From Saprospiraceae bacterium (lineage in GTDB: Bacteria; Bacteroidota; Bacteroidia; Chitinophagales; Saprospiraceae): a stretch of 37,631 nt of DNA. The DNA is taken from NCBI GenBank assembly GCA_043769965.1, contig JAYVIT010000199.1:1-37631 (forward strand), written 5' to 3'. Each line of letters opens with the position of its first letter. Within the stretch, counting starts at the first letter, position 1. Positions 9,716 through 20,339 of the stretch are shown here, in pieces. The position numbers were made by a program, and so were the translations under genes. Below the pieces are notes generated by a model. It was given only the letters and a program-made list of their open reading frames with translations, was not told where the DNA came from and ran no database searches.

Positions 9716-11116
9716 ATGAATAAAATAATAAGGCTCTTTTGTTTTTGTGTTAGTTTGCAAAGTGCTTTTGCACAAACACTGGACATCGATTCTGTTTATC
9801 AAAAGATTGCTTCCGAAAAAGATGAAAGCAAACGATTGAAAGAATTGAATTTATTTTTTGGTGGCCCGGAAACTAAAGACCCTATGTCAGACATGCAATA
9901 TGCGCAGCGAATATTGGTGCTTTCACAGAAAAATAATGACAAAATCAGCGAAGCATTGGCACTGTCTCAAATAGGATGGGATTACATTTCATTTGGAAAT
10001 ACCGTAAAAGGCTTAGAATATAGATTGAAGTCAATCGAGGTTGCATAAAAATCTAACAATCTCGAAATGTTAGCTGACTCAAAGCTTCATCTCGGTCTTT
10101 ATTTTAATGAACAAAAGGAGTATGCAAGAGCCATTGAGTTTGCCTTGTCTGGAAATGAAACATCCATTCAAGCAAAAAATGAAATCATGCAAACTTGGGC
10201 TTACTGGCTGTTGGGTGATTCCTATTACGGACTTAACAAACTCGATTCCGCTTTAATGTATGCTCAAAGAGCCTACGATATTTGTCTGCGAATTAAGTAT
10301 TTTGATTATATCGATTGGTCATATGAGTCCCTGGGTAAAATTCAGGGTAAATTAGGAAACCAGGCTTTAGCCCTTGGTTATTTTGATTTAGCAATTAAAG
10401 AAGGCATCAAGAAATATTCCTTGAAATACATAAATAAATATTACACATCACTGTCGCAATTTTATTACGACAGCAATCAAAAAGATTCCTGCTTAGTGTA
10501 TGCAAAAAAGGCAATTGGCATTGTGCAAAACACTCCATATGCAAGTGCTAGTTTGGCATCCGCAAAATTGCTTTTGGATGTTTACAGAGTAACTAACAGC
10601 GACAGTGCATTTAAATATTCTGAATTATACAGAATAACAAATGACAGTTTGTCTAGTGCAACCAAAATCAAACAGGCTAACCTGATGACATTTACAGAAG
10701 ATTTGCGCCAGCAAGAATTGGCAGAGGCCAAATTGAAGGCAGAAGAAGAACGAAAACATAATATCCAATTGTCATTGATAGCCATTGGCATCATTACATT
10801 CATTATTTTATTTCTATTACTCAGCCGTAGTTTCATCACTAACACAAAACTGATTGAATTTTTTGGTGTGATTGCATTGTTATTGGTTTTTGAGTTTTTG
10901 AATTTATTGTTGCATCCTTTTTTGGAAAGGATAACGCATCATTCACCTGTACTGATGTTATTGGCTTTGGTTGGTATTGCAGCAGTTCTGGTTCCACTGC
11001 ATCACAGAGTTGAAAAATGGACAACAAAAAAATTGGTGGAAAAAAATAAAGCAATGCGGTTGGCGAATGCAAAGAAAACTATTGAGAATTTGGAAGGAAA
11101 AACTACCCTTAATTAA
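9716..11116 (+). pseudogene. TPR-repeat, membrane-anchored protein split by a single in-frame TAA (10046-10048) into 110-aa and 349-aa ORFs
   Basis: The two track ORFs are in the same frame, 18 nt apart. The first carries the signal peptide and first TPR-like helices. The second continues TPR-like helices (LGLYFNEQKEYARAIEF, AYWLLGDSYYGLNKLDSALMY), then a coiled coil and two or three TM helices. Confidence 0.5.
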
Positions 11117-11337
11117 GTTGTGTAGTGCAAATTTATAACAGGCTATACACTTTACCCTGCCAACAACTTTATCCTTCTCATTGACTTTTCCTCTTTAATT
11201 TAAAAACTATTTTTTAATTTTGGATGCCAAACGATTGGAGAAGAAGCGTCTGTAGCAAATTCTTTTGAGTTAACTGCAAGCGCAAAGAAGGCAAACAGCA
11301 TTATATAAAAATACTATTCTACAAATACTAAATTCAA

Positions 11338-11760
11338 ATGGCTGAAAAAAAATCAAAACTAGCACAAATAAAAACAAAACCTGGCGCAGCAAGTGTCGAG
11401 GACTTTATTAATAAAGTGCCAGATGAACAAAAGCGCAAAGACAGTTTTGTGATTTTGGAAATGATGAAAAAAGCAAGCGGTGAGGAACCAAAAATGTGGG
11501 GCAGTTCACTCATCGGATTTGGTAATGTAAGATATAAAAGTCCCGCGACCGGTAGAGAAGTAGATTGGATCCGGATCGGATTCTCTCCTCGCAAGGCCAA
11601 TCTATCATTATACCTAAGCATGAATATTAAGGAACATGCTGCTGCTCTTGATAAGTTAGGCAAGCATAAAACCGGCGTCGGTTGCCTCTATATTAATAAG
11701 TTAGAAGATATCGATATGAAAGTTCTTAAGAAAATGATTGATGCATCCTTAACCCGATAG
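11338..11760 (+). CDS. DUF1801 (YdhG-like) domain protein
   Basis: 140-aa ORF with VEDFINKVPDEQKRKDSFVILEMMKK...PKMWGSSLIGFG, typical of the family. Confidence 0.55.
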   Translation: MAEKKSKLAQIKTKPGAASVEDFINKVPDEQKRKDSFVILEMMKKASGEEPKMWGSSLIGFGNVRYKSPATGREVDWIRIGFSPRKANLSLYLSMNIKEHAAALDKLGKHKTGVGCLYINKLEDIDMKVLKKMIDASLTR

Positions 11761-11999
11761 CTATCAATCGAAAACTATCGGATCGATAATAAAATAGCTT
11801 GTCAATTCAACAAACCCAATTAAAGAATCGCAACAGCCTAAATATTTGTATATCAGATTTAAATTATTATCCGACTCTTGAACAAGCACAACTTAGACTA
11901 TTTTTACTTTACTTTTTCGTCAAAAATCAGAAAATGGAATGTTGTATTTGATAATCCTTATCTTACCCATGCAAATACGACTTTCATTAGTGATTGTTA

Positions 12000-13268
12000 A
12001 TGAATAAAAAGAAAAACGCTTCAAATAAACTTCTTAGGTTCTGGAAACTGCTTGGACCAGGATTAGTGACCGGTGCAAGTGATGATGATCCTTCCGGCAT
12101 TGCTACCTACTCACAAGCAGGAGCTGCTTTCGGCCTTTCGACGTTATGGACTTCAATAGTTGCATTTCCTTTAATGGCTTCTATTCAACAAATGTGTGCA
12201 AGAATTGGCCTGGTTACTTCCCAGGGATTAACAGGTACACTTAAAAAACATTATCCAAGACCTGTTTTGTATTTGATGTTGTTATTTAGTTTTCCGGCAA
12301 TCGTAATGAATATCGGAGCTGATATTGCAGGCATGGGTGCTGTAGGAAATTTATTGTTCCCTTCTATTGATGCCACGTATTTTAGTGTCTTTTTTACAAT
12401 CATACTTTTGGGATTAATTATTTATCTCCCATATCAAAAAATTGCTTTCGCCCTGAAGTATTTATGCATTGTCATGTTGGTGTATTTTATAGTTCCGTTT
12501 TTATATAAACAAAATTTTTTGGAAATACTTAAAGCCACATTTATTCCAACCATAAAATGGGACAAGGATTTTATTGCTATTCTTGTTGGTATACTTGGCA
12601 CGACTATTTCACCATATCTTTTCTTTTGGCAAGCTTCTGTTGAGGTTGAAGAAATGAAAAAAAAGAAACATCATTTGATAGTTGACAAGAGAATTATACA
12701 TACGATGAATCAGGATGTAGATTTTGGTATGACCTTTTCCGGATTTGTGATGTACTTCATCATATTGACTACTGGTACCGTTTTGTATAATGGCGGAATT
12801 CATCAAATTGACACTGTCGAACAAGCAGCAAGTGCATTAAAACCTTTGGCTGGAAATTTGGCATATCTTCTATTTGCAATTGGCATAATTGGCACCGGAC
12901 TAATAGCCATTCCAGTATTGAGTGGTTCAGTTTCCTACATCATTACAGAAACCTTTGGTTGGGAACAAGGACTCGACAAAAAATTCCATCAGGCCCCAGC
13001 ATTTTATGTCATTATCGCCATTTCACTTATACTCGGCTTATCTTTAAATTACATTGGAATCTCGCCAATAGAAGGATTAATATATACAGCCATACTTTAT
13101 GGACTTACCGCTCCGGTGCTCATTGCAATTATACTTCATATCTCCAATAATAAAAAAATAATGGGAGAGAATGTAAATGACAGAACAACTAATATTTTTG
13201 GATTTACAGCATTAATTATTATGACTGCTGCTGCTGCAATTTTGGTTTACCTTCAATTCACAGAATAA
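12000..13268 (+). CDS. NRAMP-family divalent metal cation transporter
   Basis: GPGLVTGASDDDPSGIATYSQAGAAFG signature near the N-terminus and about 11 hydrophobic helices. Start placed at ATG 12000 rather than the track's TTG at 11994. Confidence 0.85.
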   Translation: MNKKKNASNKLLRFWKLLGPGLVTGASDDDPSGIATYSQAGAAFGLSTLWTSIVAFPLMASIQQMCARIGLVTSQGLTGTLKKHYPRPVLYLMLLFSFPAIVMNIGADIAGMGAVGNLLFPSIDATYFSVFFTIILLGLIIYLPYQKIAFALKYLCIVMLVYFIVPFLYKQNFLEILKATFIPTIKWDKDFIAILVGILGTTISPYLFFWQASVEVEEMKKKKHHLIVDKRIIHTMNQDVDFGMTFSGFVMYFIILTTGTVLYNGGIHQIDTVEQAASALKPLAGNLAYLLFAIGIIGTGLIAIPVLSGSVSYIITETFGWEQGLDKKFHQAPAFYVIIAISLILGLSLNYIGISPIEGLIYTAILYGLTAPVLIAIILHISNNKKIMGENVNDRTTNIFGFTALIIMTAAAAILVYLQFTE

Positions 13269-13349
13269 AAAGCAACAATGCACTCGAATTGCATTTAAAC
13301 AAAAAGAAAAAAACTATTTCTAAAAATAAACTTAATAACAAATAAGAAT

Positions 13350-13787
13350 ATGGATAATCAAGCACTTGTATTCGAACGGCTATTTGATGCTCCCGCTTCA
13401 AAAGTCTGGAAAGCGATCACCGACAAAGAAGAAATGAAAAAATGGTATTTCGATCTTCCTGCATTCAAAGCGGAAGTAGGTTGCAATTTTCAGTTTAGTG
13501 GAGGGCCCTCTCCTGAAAAACAATACCTGCACCTGTGCGAAGTCACCGAGGTCATTCCGGAAAAGAAACTTACTTATAGTTGGCGATATGATGGCTATGC
13601 AGGTAACTCCTTTGTAACTTTTTAACTGTTTGAACAAGGTAAGAAAACTTTATTAAGACTTACTCATCTTGGCCTGGAATCATTCCCTGCTGACAACACA
13701 GATTTTGCAAAGGAGAATTTTACAGAAGGCTGGACATATATCATTCATACTGCACTAAAAGGGTATTTGGAGAATAGTGAAATCTAA
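13350..13787 (+). pseudogene. SRPBCC/AHSA1-like protein interrupted by an in-frame TAA at 13623-13625
   Basis: The 91-aa ORF ends ...GNSFVTF*. The same frame continues LFEQGKKTLLRLTHLGLESFPADNTDFAKENFTEGWTYIIHTALKGYLENSEI* to 13787, which is the expected C-terminal half of the domain (VTFxL..G.T.L.LTH.G...EGW...L..L..YLE). Confidence 0.6.
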
Positions 13788-13954
13788 GGTTTACATAAAA
13801 TCAAATCATCTAAATAGCTAAAGGTGAACTAGAAATGAAATTTTAATTCTCAAGACAATTTCGGATATAGTCCTTATAAAAATTTCATTTCTCATTCTCT
13901 ATCACAACCTTTTTTCCTTTTTACCATTAATTAAGCTTGAAACAAAATTAAATT

Positions 13955-14263
13955 ATGCAACAAGTCTGGTACAAAACACCAATTGGCCGATTCAGATTCA
14001 TTGCCATTTGTGAAGGAATCTCTTTTCTCGTTTTATTATTTATCGCTATGCCCCTTAAGTATTTGGCCGACACCCCTCAATGGGTGCTATATGTTGGATG
14101 GATTCACGGGATATTGTTCATAGCTTATATGATTATTGGACTTGAAGTAAAAATAAAATACAACTGGAGCATACAGAAAACTTTCATCGCCGTAGTTGCT
14201 TCACTAATTCCATTTGGAACTTTTATCTTAGACCGGAAAATCTTAAGCAAAGAAATGGAATAA
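13955..14263 (+). CDS. DUF3817-like small membrane protein
   Basis: 102 aa with three TM helices and motifs RFIAICEGISFLVLLFIAMPLKY ... WIHGILFIAY. Confidence 0.6.
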   Translation: MQQVWYKTPIGRFRFIAICEGISFLVLLFIAMPLKYLADTPQWVLYVGWIHGILFIAYMIIGLEVKIKYNWSIQKTFIAVVASLIPFGTFILDRKILSKEME

Positions 14264-14357
14264 AATTTTCTTCCTGAAAAAGAAAACATTTTTAAATTAG
14301 TTGATATACACCCAGAATATTAAATTTGCAATTGCTAAATAATTAACAAAAGAGCTG

Positions 14358-14867
14358 ATGAGTAGTAAATTTGAATCCTTATTTGAAAAAATCATCTTTA
14401 GCAGCCGGTGGCTGCAAGCTCCACTATACGCAGGACTTATAATAGGAGGTGTCTTATACGCTTACAAATTCATTGCCGAGTTGATTCATTTGTGTACTTC
14501 CATACAAACCATCACAGAAACCGCTTTGATGCTCGGAGTCCTAACCTTAGTAGATATTACTATGGTTGCCAATCTACTTGTCATGGTTATCATTGGCGGT
14601 TACTCCACCTTCGTAAGCAGACTGGATATTGATAAACATGCCGATAAACCAGAATGGTTGCAAAAAGTAGACGCAGGTACTCTGAAAGTGAAATTAGCCG
14701 GTTCATTAGTTGGTGTATCCGGAATACATCTTTTGCAGATATTTATTAATATTGAAAATAAAGATCCCGAAGACGTAAAATGGCAAGTGATTATCCATAT
14801 TGTGTTTCTCATCTCGTCACTGGCCCTCGCTTTTACCGAAAAAATATTACACCAGAAACATTCTTAA
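14358..14867 (+). CDS. YqhA/UPF0114-family membrane protein
   Basis: N-terminus FEKIIFSSRWLQAPLYAGLI and the TM layout are typical of UPF0114. Confidence 0.6.
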   Translation: MSSKFESLFEKIIFSSRWLQAPLYAGLIIGGVLYAYKFIAELIHLCTSIQTITETALMLGVLTLVDITMVANLLVMVIIGGYSTFVSRLDIDKHADKPEWLQKVDAGTLKVKLAGSLVGVSGIHLLQIFINIENKDPEDVKWQVIIHIVFLISSLALAFTEKILHQKHS

Positions 14868-14897
14868 ATAAAAAACATTAATTTAAAAAAACCTATT

Positions 14898-15509
14898 ATG
14901 AAAAATATTTTCGTTCTCACTGAAGTGTTCGCAATTTTAATGCTAATGGCTTTTATCAATAACAACTTACATGTTGATGTCTACAAAGTGGATACCAACC
15001 TGAGTTCACTCGAATGGACCGGAGAAAAAATTACCCGCAAACACACCGGAACTATTAAGCTTTTAAAAGGCGAAATAAAAAATAACCATGGCCACATTAC
15101 CGGTAATTTTGAAATTGACATGAATTCGATTGTCAATACAGATGTTAGTTCACCGGAAGGCAGAACCAAACTTGAAGCACATCTCAAGTCTCCTGATTTT
15201 TTCGATGTAGTTAAATTTCCAAATGCCACATTTGTTATCAAATCAGTTAGTCCACTCAACTATATACAACCAGGTCAATTTACTCACAATGTAACAGGCC
15301 AACTCACTATCAAAGATAAAACCAATGAAGTTTCCTTTGATGCCAACATTTCCATGCAGGATAATAAAGTCACATGCACAGGTACTGCAGTAATCGACCG
15401 TTCAAAATTTGATGTTAGACATCAATCCAAAACATTCTTTCCGGAAATTGGTGACAGAGTGGTTTATGATAATTTTACGCTGAAGTTTAATGTAGTTGCA
15501 ATCAAATAG
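14898..15509 (+). CDS. YceI-like (polyisoprenoid-binding) periplasmic protein
   Basis: SSLEWTGEKITRKHTGTIKLLKGEI..., ...LKSPDFFDVVKFPNATF..., LTIKDKTNEV patterns characteristic of YceI. Confidence 0.7.
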   Translation: MKNIFVLTEVFAILMLMAFINNNLHVDVYKVDTNLSSLEWTGEKITRKHTGTIKLLKGEIKNNHGHITGNFEIDMNSIVNTDVSSPEGRTKLEAHLKSPDFFDVVKFPNATFVIKSVSPLNYIQPGQFTHNVTGQLTIKDKTNEVSFDANISMQDNKVTCTGTAVIDRSKFDVRHQSKTFFPEIGDRVVYDNFTLKFNVVAIK

Positions 15510-15858
15510 AAAAAGCGTCCGGTAGTTCTGCTTTTAAAGCAACATTCCGAATCAAAATCTATTCGTTGAAAATTATTTGAACGGTAAATTAATTTTTACC
15601 CCTAATTACTTATTCACCCTTCCCCACCAGTCCATTTTATACAAAAAATGTACAGACTGAAATTTTGGTATACATACTAAACAGGTTCAAACAAAATCAT
15701 CATATCACACTTATTTGATATCTGTGAATGTTATAAAAATTTTCCAAAGTTGTGTAAAACTATTTTTATCAAACTTCTCACCTTTGAACCAATGTGAAAA
15801 TTCATTCACATGCAAACCTGGCAATTGTAGGAATTTTAATTTTAAGAATAAATACAAT

Positions 15859-17526
15859 ATGAAAACATCCAAACTACTTTTTGCTTTTTTAACTTTTACC
15901 TTTCTGTTTAACACGCTTTCGTTTTCACAAAATGAAGTATTCAGTATGCGGCAGCTAACCTGTGGTTTAAGTCAACCTTGGGAAATTACATTTGGGCCTG
16001 ATGGTTATCTTTGGGTAACTGAGGCACATAGCTATGAGATCACCCGCATTGATCCTGCGAGTGGAAATGCACAACTATTGATTGATCTGAGCGATAAAAA
16101 GAATTTCCCCGACTTCAATGATGCAAGTGTATGGCCACAAGGCGGACTGCAAGGTTTTGCCTTTCATCCTGACTTCGCAAACAATCCTTATTTGTATGTT
16201 GCTTATGTATATCGATTCGACGGTTGCCTACCGAATACTCAGGGTTGTTTTTTTAAAACCAAGATTGTTAGATACAATTATAGTTTACAAACTCAATCAC
16301 TTTCAAATGAACTAATTGTTGCTGAATTAATTCCAGGTAGCACTGATCACAATGGAGGACGTTTGGCAATCGGACCCATTTCCGAAAACATGGATTATTT
16401 ATTTTACAGTGTGGGAGATATGAGCGCAGGGCATTTGGGAAATGCTTCCCGTGCGCATCATGGTCAAATACCACAAATTTATGAAGGTAAAATTCTTCGT
16501 TACAACTTAGTTCCGGATGGCGACGCTTCTCTTGAAGATAGTTGGATTCCAAATGATAACCCTTTTAGTATACCGACCAACCAAAATGCAGTCTGGTCAA
16601 TGGGACATCGCAATCCACAAGGACTGGTTATTTCACCAGATGGTATACTCTATGAATCCGAACATGGACCATACTCAGATGATGAAATCAACATCATCAA
16701 AAGAGGCAACAATTACGGATTTCCTTTAATCATGGGTTACTCAGACGGAAATTATGATGGAAGCAAAGCGGGGGCAGGATCCGGTTTACCGTTTGTTGAA
16801 AGTGAAGATGACAACCGGATATTCTTAGAACAAAATTATATTTACAGCGAACCAATAGGAAGTTTTTTTCCTGCAAGCAAAAATGATGTATCAACCTATT
16901 ATACCAACGATGTAAATAATACACCGCCTTATCCAAACTACTACTTACAATATCCGACTATTGCACCTTCTGGAATTGATTACTATAACTCAAGCGCAAT
17001 TCCCGGTTGGAAAAATTCACTTCTGGTTGCAAATTTGAAACTAGCAAGCGTCTATCGTTTGAAACTTTCTACTGATGGCAAATCATTTGCAAGTGACACC
17101 ATTAGTTACTTCCAGGGCTTAGGCCGATTCCGCGATCTTGCCATTTCAGCAGACGGCAGAAAAATCTATGTTGCGTGCGACACTGTTGGTGCTATCAAAG
17201 GTGCACCAGGTCAGTCCATTACTCCACCAAACAGAGGATGCATCTTGGAATTTTCTTACTTAACTACAAATACATCGGAAACCTTTTCAAATGATGACAT
17301 ACAGGTTATTCCAAATCCGGCTTCCAGCTATTTTACATTAGTACTACCTGCTGAAATAAAAAATGCTGATGTTTCGGTTTACAATACGATTGGAGAAAAA
17401 ATAATAAACAAGCACATTACATCTGATAATACAAAGTTCAATATTACTGGTTTGACATCAGGACTTTATACTATTGAATTAGTGTCCAACAATAAATCGT
17501 TCATAAAGAAACTAATTATAAAATAA
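15859..17526 (+). CDS. PQQ-dependent sugar (glucose/sorbosone) dehydrogenase-like beta-propeller with T9SS C-terminal sorting domain
   Basis: GLSQPWEITFGPDGYLWVTE, GGRLAIGP, GHRNPQGL motifs. The C-terminal ~75 aa (VIPNPASSYFTLVLP...VSVYNTIGEKI...LTSGLYTIELVS...KKLIIK) is a Por/T9SS tail. Start moved to ATG 15859 (MKTSKLLFAFLTF signal peptide). Confidence 0.8.
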   Translation: MKTSKLLFAFLTFTFLFNTLSFSQNEVFSMRQLTCGLSQPWEITFGPDGYLWVTEAHSYEITRIDPASGNAQLLIDLSDKKNFPDFNDASVWPQGGLQGFAFHPDFANNPYLYVAYVYRFDGCLPNTQGCFFKTKIVRYNYSLQTQSLSNELIVAELIPGSTDHNGGRLAIGPISENMDYLFYSVGDMSAGHLGNASRAHHGQIPQIYEGKILRYNLVPDGDASLEDSWIPNDNPFSIPTNQNAVWSMGHRNPQGLVISPDGILYESEHGPYSDDEINIIKRGNNYGFPLIMGYSDGNYDGSKAGAGSGLPFVESEDDNRIFLEQNYIYSEPIGSFFPASKNDVSTYYTNDVNNTPPYPNYYLQYPTIAPSGIDYYNSSAIPGWKNSLLVANLKLASVYRLKLSTDGKSFASDTISYFQGLGRFRDLAISADGRKIYVACDTVGAIKGAPGQSITPPNRGCILEFSYLTTNTSETFSNDDIQVIPNPASSYFTLVLPAEIKNADVSVYNTIGEKIINKHITSDNTKFNITGLTSGLYTIELVSNNKSFIKKLIIK

Positions 17527-17540
17527 ATTCTTTGTAAGGG

Positions 17541-17674
17541 ATGTATTTCGAAAGCGGGGGCGGATTTCTCTCCCACGTACCGACCAAGTAAGCTTGACAA
17601 TAAAATGCGTAAGAACGCTTATGCATCTTGTAAATCATTGGGAGTCTAGAATGACCCCGCTTTCGGTAATACAT
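17541..17674. other. GC-enriched, rod-like nested hairpin element (candidate structured RNA or miniature palindromic element)
   Basis: Outer stem cgaaagcgggg (17549-17559) / ccccgctttcg (17655-17665), extendable to about 16 bp. Nested pairs ctccca (17569-17574)/tgggag (17639-17644) and gcgt-aaga-acgc. Confidence 0.3.
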
Positions 17675-18117
17675 AAAATTTAATAGGATATCCTAAAAAT
17701 GATATTTGACATCAGTCTGAAAATCATCAACGCAATTTAGTTTGTCCTCCGGCCTAATACGCTAATACAATTCATGTTTCCTTGTCACTCGAAATCTAAG
17801 CGTTGGTTTCTATCAATAAAAATAAATTCGCACACCATGTCTCTTTAATCGGAGCAGTAGACAATTTGCGAACATCCACACATATGCCGGTTTGGGATGA
17901 TTTGGAAGCGATAATCTCCAATGCAAAAAAACAGATCCAACAACAAATGCCAGCAGATATTTTTTCAGCAGCTTGGAATGAAGGTGCTAAGATGAATATT
18001 GATAAGATGATAGTGTTTGCGATGGAGGGGTGATTGATTCAGTGGACTATAAATATTTTTTGCAATTTTATTATATGCCTAAAGTAATTTTGCTTCCTGA
18101 AATATTTATTCTTATAA

Positions 18118-19980
18118 TTAGTCTTTTATAATTCTGGTATTTGACAATTTGCTTCCAAGCTCATTAAATTGAAGATCGCTGATTGTCTCTGACACAATAA
18201 GTTCCTTTAATTCTAATAAATTATAAAGCGGCGAATAATCTATTATATCATTACAAGCTAAATTCAAATATTCAAGATTTTTTAATACTTCAATTCCATC
18301 GACGCTAACAAATAAATTACTGGAAATATCCAAGCGCTTTAAATTTTTAAAATATAGGACTTCATTAATTTTTTGAATTCGGTTTGAAGATAAATTTAGT
18401 TGCGATATATTGCTAAAATGCTTTAATGGCTCCAGTGATTCTAAACCGGATCCTTGTAACTCTAATTCTGTCAATTTATTTAGTGCATTCAAGTCAATTA
18501 AACGATCCTGAATTTTCATGTTTTCATATGACCAGGATAAGCAACTTTGATTTTTCCAATCCAGCTGAAAATTATAAAACTTCCTGCTTAGTTTGGTATA
18601 AAACCCTTGCTCTTGAATGAAATCATTTTGATAAAGTATTTGATTCTCTTTCCTTAAGTCAATCGGTTTTAATTTTTGATGAATTGATGTGTCCTGAGCA
18701 AGAAGAAATAAATCTGGTAAATTGGAATCTGATAAATCCAATAAATAATTCAAATCCAATTGCTTTGCTTTATGAACATTATTACTGTAAATAATTGCAT
18801 TCCAGCTAAAGAAAGCGGATAGTATTAGAACTCCATAAAAAAGCCATCCGTTGATTCTGAATAAATAAGCATTGCTCTTCATTTTCATGATCTTGAAGCA
18901 AGTTGTAATTAGACCGATTCCCGCCAACAAGAGATAACTATAGACTCCAATCCTTTTATACGTTAATCCATATTCTACGATATACATATCGTTTCTTAAC
19001 CAGGTCGATGTCAGCATAAACAGATTTTGCAGAATCCAGAGATAGGCTAAGCATTTCAATGCACCACTTTTGTCAAAATGATTTAATGATCCTCTAAAGT
19101 AAAAAAGGATTAATGCAATTGCTATAAGTATTGAAGCAATCAATGTGCTTGTTCCCTGGTGAACAAAATCTGAATACGTGATACCCGGAGGTAATTTTCT
19201 CCCGAGGAATAAATAACTAACATTCAATACATTTACAATCAACAACAAAACATTGAGCAGTAGAAATAATACTTTGCCCGAGAAATTTTCTTCTTCTGTG
19301 CTTAATTCTATTCCAAACATCTTTAATCCGGAATTCTGGTTTGGGAGAATAGTATCGGAAGCGTTTTCATCCAATTTTGCGAAATAGGAAATTTTCCTGT
19401 GATAAAAAAAACCATACATCAATATAAACCCTCCAATAGTGAATAGGATCCAATCGCCGGAAATAAAGTCTATTTTTAAACTTTTCACAAGATCATCAAA
19501 CAATAAATCAGATGATCTGTATAACAAGAAAAATAATAGAGTAACCATTATTGGCAATACAACCAACCAGACTTTTCTTAAATATGAGTTTGAATTTGAA
19601 ACACTGTTCTGTTTATTGCGTTTCATCCAATCAAGAAACATCATGATTGGTGCCACTAAGTATGAATAGAAGGAAAACGCGAGTGTAAAAAAAACGGATG
19701 ACTGAACATTTATACTCAAGCCTGACAATAAGCTCAAAGAAATAATATTGGCAATTACTGAAAGTTCATTTCCATACCATCCAATGCAAAAAGCCGAACA
19801 TAAACAACCCAAAGCCGCAAGTTGCCATTTTTGATCTTTAAGTACATTTTTATTTCTGACAGCCAACAAAAAGATCAGAGCTAAATTGAAAAGTGCAAAA
19901 TTTATTCCAGCAGTTTGATTGTAAAATAATAAACTGTAAAGTGCCGTAGCAATCATTAATATCCAGTCATTCTTTTTCAT
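18118..19980 (-). CDS. polytopic membrane protein (DUF4173-like) with C-terminal leucine-rich repeats
   Basis: About 10 TM helices, then LRRs (LTELELQGSGLESLEPLKHFSNISQLNLSSNRIQKI..LKRLDISSNLF..LEYLNLACNDI). The start could be ATG 20019 or ATG 19980; the latter was chosen. Confidence 0.65.
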   Translation of the reverse strand: MKKNDWILMIATALYSLLFYNQTAGINFALFNLALIFLLAVRNKNVLKDQKWQLAALGCLCSAFCIGWYGNELSVIANIISLSLLSGLSINVQSSVFFTLAFSFYSYLVAPIMMFLDWMKRNKQNSVSNSNSYLRKVWLVVLPIMVTLLFFLLYRSSDLLFDDLVKSLKIDFISGDWILFTIGGFILMYGFFYHRKISYFAKLDENASDTILPNQNSGLKMFGIELSTEEENFSGKVLFLLLNVLLLIVNVLNVSYLFLGRKLPPGITYSDFVHQGTSTLIASILIAIALILFYFRGSLNHFDKSGALKCLAYLWILQNLFMLTSTWLRNDMYIVEYGLTYKRIGVYSYLLLAGIGLITTCFKIMKMKSNAYLFRINGWLFYGVLILSAFFSWNAIIYSNNVHKAKQLDLNYLLDLSDSNLPDLFLLAQDTSIHQKLKPIDLRKENQILYQNDFIQEQGFYTKLSRKFYNFQLDWKNQSCLSWSYENMKIQDRLIDLNALNKLTELELQGSGLESLEPLKHFSNISQLNLSSNRIQKINEVLYFKNLKRLDISSNLFVSVDGIEVLKNLEYLNLACNDIIDYSPLYNLLELKELIVSETISDLQFNELGSKLSNTRIIKD

Positions 19981-20039
19981 AATAATAATTTTATAATTTA
20001 AAAGTTCTTTGTATTTCAAAGCGTATTATCAAAAAAAAT

Positions 20040-20339
20040 TCATTGCCGGTTTTTCAATAAAGATTCCAATCCATTCAGATGATCATTAAATGCCCTTCTT
20101 CCTGCTTTAGTGACTGCATATGATGTGTTTGGTTTTTTACCGACAAATTGTTTTTTAATTTTTACATAATCCATTTTTTCAAGTGCACTGATATGACTTG
20201 CTAAATTTCCGTCTGTTATTTTCAACATTTCTTTTAAATGGCCAAATTCCACCCATTCATTGACCATCAGCACAGACATGATTCCCAATCGAATTCTACT
20301 TTCAAAAGCTTTATTTAAATCGTCTATGTAGTTTTTCAT
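20040..20339 (-). CDS. small winged-helix transcriptional regulator
   Basis: 99 aa; RLGIMSVLMVNEWVEFGHLKEMLKITDGNLASHISALEKMDYVKIKK fits a wHTH (ArsR/PadR-like). The start overlaps the upstream gene stop (ATGA). Confidence 0.7.
   Translation of the reverse strand: MKNYIDDLNKAFESRIRLGIMSVLMVNEWVEFGHLKEMLKITDGNLASHISALEKMDYVKIKKQFVGKKPNTSYAVTKAGRRAFNDHLNGLESLLKNRQ

Noticed and set aside
136-13787. Genome-wide reassignment of TAA to a sense codon as the explanation for the three in-frame TAAs
   Set aside because: Most well-supported genes here (cas9, cas1, atpG, atpB, both... the 665-aa caspase gene, NRAMP, YqhA and others) terminate precisely at TAA at the expected protein ends. TAA is therefore clearly a functional stop. 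Only local nonsense mutation, sequencing error or inefficient read-through remain plausible.
17803-18033. 76-aa ORF resembling the C-terminal end of large LuxR/AfsR/TPR-type regulators (LIGAVDNLRT...FSAAWNEGAKMNIDKMIVFAME)
   Set aside because: The upstream frame is broken by several stops (17707, 17746, 17788). At best it is a short gene remnant, so it is not reported as a functional CDS.
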